The notes under the pieces were generated by a model that worked only from the letters and a program-made list of their open reading frames with translations, made no database searches and had not been told where the DNA came from. From an uncultured Methanoregulaceae archaeon (GTDB lineage: Archaea; Halobacteriota; Methanomicrobia; Methanomicrobiales; Methanospirillaceae), in NCBI GenBank assembly GCA_963737635.1, contig CAVTTL010000001.1:2112001-2176000 (forward strand): a stretch of DNA of 64,000 bases, written 5' to 3'. Position 1 is the first letter of the stretch; every line of letters begins with the position of its first letter. Below are positions 61,003 through 64,000 of this stretch, in pieces. The translations under genes and the position numbers were made by a program.

Positions 61003-61890
61003 GAGGAATCTTCCATGGATTTCTCCGGTACGGACCGGGTGTATGCTGATATAATTTCAACGATTAGTTCGTTGTTCTTCTGCATATCGTCGATCTCTTT
61101 TTTTGTCAGGCTGACCTGGCCGCAGACACGGACTCCCCGTTTCTCCAGCTTCTTTTCCAGGAGGGAAAGCCCCTCCCCGGGCTCTTTGAGGCAGGTGGTA
61201 AAGATCACGGCTTTTTTTCCTTCGCACCCGTCGAGCGCGGCAACAGCCGCATTCATCGCTGGTGCGGGTTTCCATGCCCACACCGGCGTTCCGATAACGA
61301 GAAGATCAAAAGAAGTGACGTCAATGACCTCCGGATATACCGGGTCGCATTTCTCCTGCCGTGACCTTAGGACACCTTTGGTATATGCCGTGAACGTACC
61401 TGTACGTGTCGCGGGTTTTTACTTCGATCAACTTCCCGCCGCAGGAACGCTGGATCTGTGCGGCGATGCCCCGTGTTATACCAGTGTAAGAATAATAGAT
61501 CGTGCAGATGTTCAGGGAAGGTTGTTGCGTTGCCTTCCGGATCAGGTCCATGTCGCACTTGTCCATCACACTCGTGTACATGAGGTTGAATTGGTCCCTG
61601 AACGCCACCAGCCGTTCACGATTGAGGGTATAGTAAACATAAAATCCCTCGCGGCGGGAGTCAACAATTCCCTCGCCTCTCAGGTTTTTGAGGTGCTGCG
61701 AAACTGCCGGTTGCGAGATACCGAGCCTTTCAGCGAGATCGGAGACCCCAAGTTTTCCGGAAGTATCCGTTGCAAGCAGGCAGATTAACTGGAGCCGGGT
61801 GGGATCCCCAAGAGCCTTGAATACCTCCGCCATCGCCGGGACCATCTCGCAGAGATGGTTGCATTCCTCGCACCGGTGACATTCGTCCAT
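60999..61890 (-). CDS. ArsR-type regulator fused to a flavodoxin domain; frameshift near 61400
   Basis: FKALGDPTRL...SQPAVSQHL HTH, then YYSYTGIT; continues as ...DLLVIGTPVWAWKP in the next frame. Confidence 0.82.
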
Positions 61891-62015
61891 ATGAACTATA
61901 TAAGTAATTGCTTATACATTTATATAATTTTTTCTAGGACTTGCGTGGATAATCAAATATGGCGTAAGATAAATCGGGTAATTCAACAAATTTAAAAAAA
62001 AGTTTTGCTGGCTAT

Positions 62016-62519
62016 TTAAGACTTCGCGAGCGATTCCCGGACAAATGCCGGGATATCTGCCGGTTTTCTGCTCGAAACAAGGTTCCCGTCAACCACGACT
62101 TCTTCATCAACGTACTCTGCGCCGGCATTTTTAATATCCTGCACAAGCGACATCCACCCGGTGACGCGCTTACCTTTCAGTACCTGGGCCGTGATGAGGA
62201 GCTGTGCTGCATGGCAGATGGCAAACACGGGTTTCTTTTTTGTGAAGAACTCCTTGGCAAACCGGACCGCATCAGCATCGACCCGGAGCCGGTCAGGGGA
62301 ATAGCCCCCCGGGATGAAAAGGGCATCAAAATCGTCTGCCGAGACATCACGGACTGCCTTTTCGATCTGTACCGGTGTCCCGTATTCCCCTTTCACCGTT
62401 GATCCTGCAATGAGTCCCACGTGGACGAGGGTGTGACCCGCTTTCCGGAACGCATCCGCCGGAAGCTGGTACTCTACGTCCTGGAACATGTCTGTCAGGA
62501 TCACTGCAATCTTTTTCAT
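62016..62519 (-). CDS. pfpI: PfpI/DJ-1 family protein
   Basis: FQDVE, DALFIPGG, AICHA and VVVDGNLVSSR..D motifs. Confidence 0.9.
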   Translation of the reverse strand: MKKIAVILTDMFQDVEYQLPADAFRKAGHTLVHVGLIAGSTVKGEYGTPVQIEKAVRDVSADDFDALFIPGGYSPDRLRVDADAVRFAKEFFTKKKPVFAICHAAQLLITAQVLKGKRVTGWMSLVQDIKNAGAEYVDEEVVVDGNLVSSRKPADIPAFVRESLAKS

Positions 62520-62716
62520 TCTCGTGCCTCCCTCGTTCCAGGCCCGTCTTTGGCCCGGGATCACGTGAAGCATCCCCCTTTCCGCAGATAAAGACATTTA
62601 TCGTACTCAGTTTTTCACAGGAACTTGCCAAGGTCAATGGGTTTTTTACCTTTGAGGTTTAGTATCATCCACCGGAATCAGGTTTTTACGACAGACACGA
62701 AGCCGGAGGATTAAGG

Positions 62717-63124
62717 ATGGCTGAAAATCACCGTATCGAACAGGACGTTATAGAGGACCTGCTGGTCCGGCTCTCGGAAAAGGGCAGGAAAGGAAAGGAA
62801 GCCGCCATAGAGGCCCTTGCAGTGAGTACGGAGGATGACGGCTGGAGGCCGGACGAGCTCATCAGGCAGGGAGGGATAAAGATCGTCAAAAACATGCTGC
62901 AGGAAAAAAACCTGCATATTGTTTTTTCCACCCTGAAAATTATTATCGCCATTGCGGCCTCCGGGGAGACAGAAGTACTTATCGAAGAAGGCGTTATTGC
63001 CTGCCTCGATGCGATGCAGGATCATAAGAAGCCAGCCATCCGGGAAAAGGTCCGGGAAGCGCTCGCCCTCCTCCAGCCTGATGTAGAGGAGGTCGTGACA
63101 TCAAAACCGCAGGATGAGTACTGA
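62717..63124 (+). CDS. Small ARM/HEAT-like helical protein
   Basis: GGAGG SD; repeated LI..G.I..L patterns. Confidence 0.65.
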   Translation: MAENHRIEQDVIEDLLVRLSEKGRKGKEAAIEALAVSTEDDGWRPDELIRQGGIKIVKNMLQEKNLHIVFSTLKIIIAIAASGETEVLIEEGVIACLDAMQDHKKPAIREKVREALALLQPDVEEVVTSKPQDEY

Positions 63125-63191
63125 CCGGTGTCCCGGCGATTGTGCTGCCGTCTATGAAACGGGAGTGTGTTTTTACTCAGCAAAGAACCGT

Positions 63192-64000
63192 CTATTCCCG
63201 GTCCTGCCCGGTCATCTCCCTTATGGTCCCCATGTTTGCCGGGTGTCCTCTGTAAAGAATAAGTCCGGCATCCAAGAAAACAGGGACACGGGTTGTACCA
63301 TCGCATTTGAGGAGCCTGCACTTGTAGTTTTCAGGTGCGGCCTCACCGTTTAGCCGGCGAATAGCCCACTCAATTACCTGGCTCCTGTCCTCAGGTACGA
63401 TGAATTCATCGATGGTGTGCATGATGAAATCCGCCGGCACACCACCGAGGATGCAGGCGAATGCCGCGTTGACGTACAGGATCTGGTGAGCCTGTACAAC
63501 GAATACCCCAATCTGGCTGTGTTCGACGAGAGTCCGATATTTTTCTTCCGAGAGCCGGAGCGCTTCAGTCAGACTCTTGCGCCTAGTGATATCACGGAAT
63601 ACCACCTGGATTGAAAGTTGGCCGTCATCCATGAACGAAGTCGCCATGACCTCCACGTCGACGATCTTCCCGTCAGGCCTCACGAATTTTTCTTCAAACG
63701 GATCGACGACGGTTGTTTTCCCGCTCAGCATCACTTCCATGCGCTCTTTAACAAGAGTCCGGTAATCCGGATGGACAAAATCGAGCATCTTCTTTCCGAT
63801 AAGTTCCTCGGATGACGCCGCACCGCTGAGATCAAGTGCCGCCTGGTTTACCACGGTAACAATGCCGTTCCGGTAAACAACGACTGCATCGAACGAACGC
63901 TCGAGGAGCCTGCGATACCGTTCCTCACTGCTTTTGAGAGACTCTTCTGCCTTTTTGCGCTCTGTAATATCACGCGATATGCCAAGTACAGCCCGGACCG
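63192..64000 (-). CDS. Multi-PAS domain protein (5' part outside window)
   Basis: Repeated PAS/PAC units (RDIT.RK, SEE.YR.L.E); frame is open to the window edge. Confidence 0.85.
   Translation of the reverse strand, partial: VRAVLGISRDITERKKAEESLKSSEERYRRLLERSFDAVVVYRNGIVTVVNQAALDLSGAASSEELIGKKMLDFVHPDYRTLVKERMEVMLSGKTTVVDPFEEKFVRPDGKIVDVEVMATSFMDDGQLSIQVVFRDITRRKSLTEALRLSEEKYRTLVEHSQIGVFVVQAHQILYVNAAFACILGGVPADFIMHTIDEFIVPEDRSQVIEWAIRRLNGEAAPENYKCRLLKCDGTTRVPVFLDAGLILYRGHPANMGTIREMTGQDRE

Overview
Archaeal DNA, most likely a Methanomicrobiales (Methanoregula-like) methanogen, judged from the F420-type FdhB, mre11-rad50-nurA-herA operon, diphthine-ammonia ligase and HisKA_2 kinases. Left part (1-14 kb): a degenerate FdhA-like gene plus fdhB, an HDAC-family gene, a fluoride riboswitch leading crcB-crcB-DUF190, and the double-strand-break repair operon. 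Upstream of mre11 (14-23 kb) is an insertion hotspot where three cargo genes are separated by partial copies of the mre11 promoter/5' end, followed by a very AT-rich three-gene putative defence module. From 27.9 to 44.8 kb lies a detoxification/redox/efflux island whose genes are punctuated by at least 13 full (plus several half) 74-92 bp imperfect palindromes in three sequence families. They share IS6-like GGYTCTGT...ACAGARCC ends and often sit just after stop codons; no recombinase is encoded in the window. This cassette-like array is the best candidate for an undescribed system. The right part holds signalling, transport and housekeeping genes. About nine single-base frameshifts in otherwise intact genes suggest assembly indel errors. 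All calls are from reading the sequence by eye; no database searches were run.
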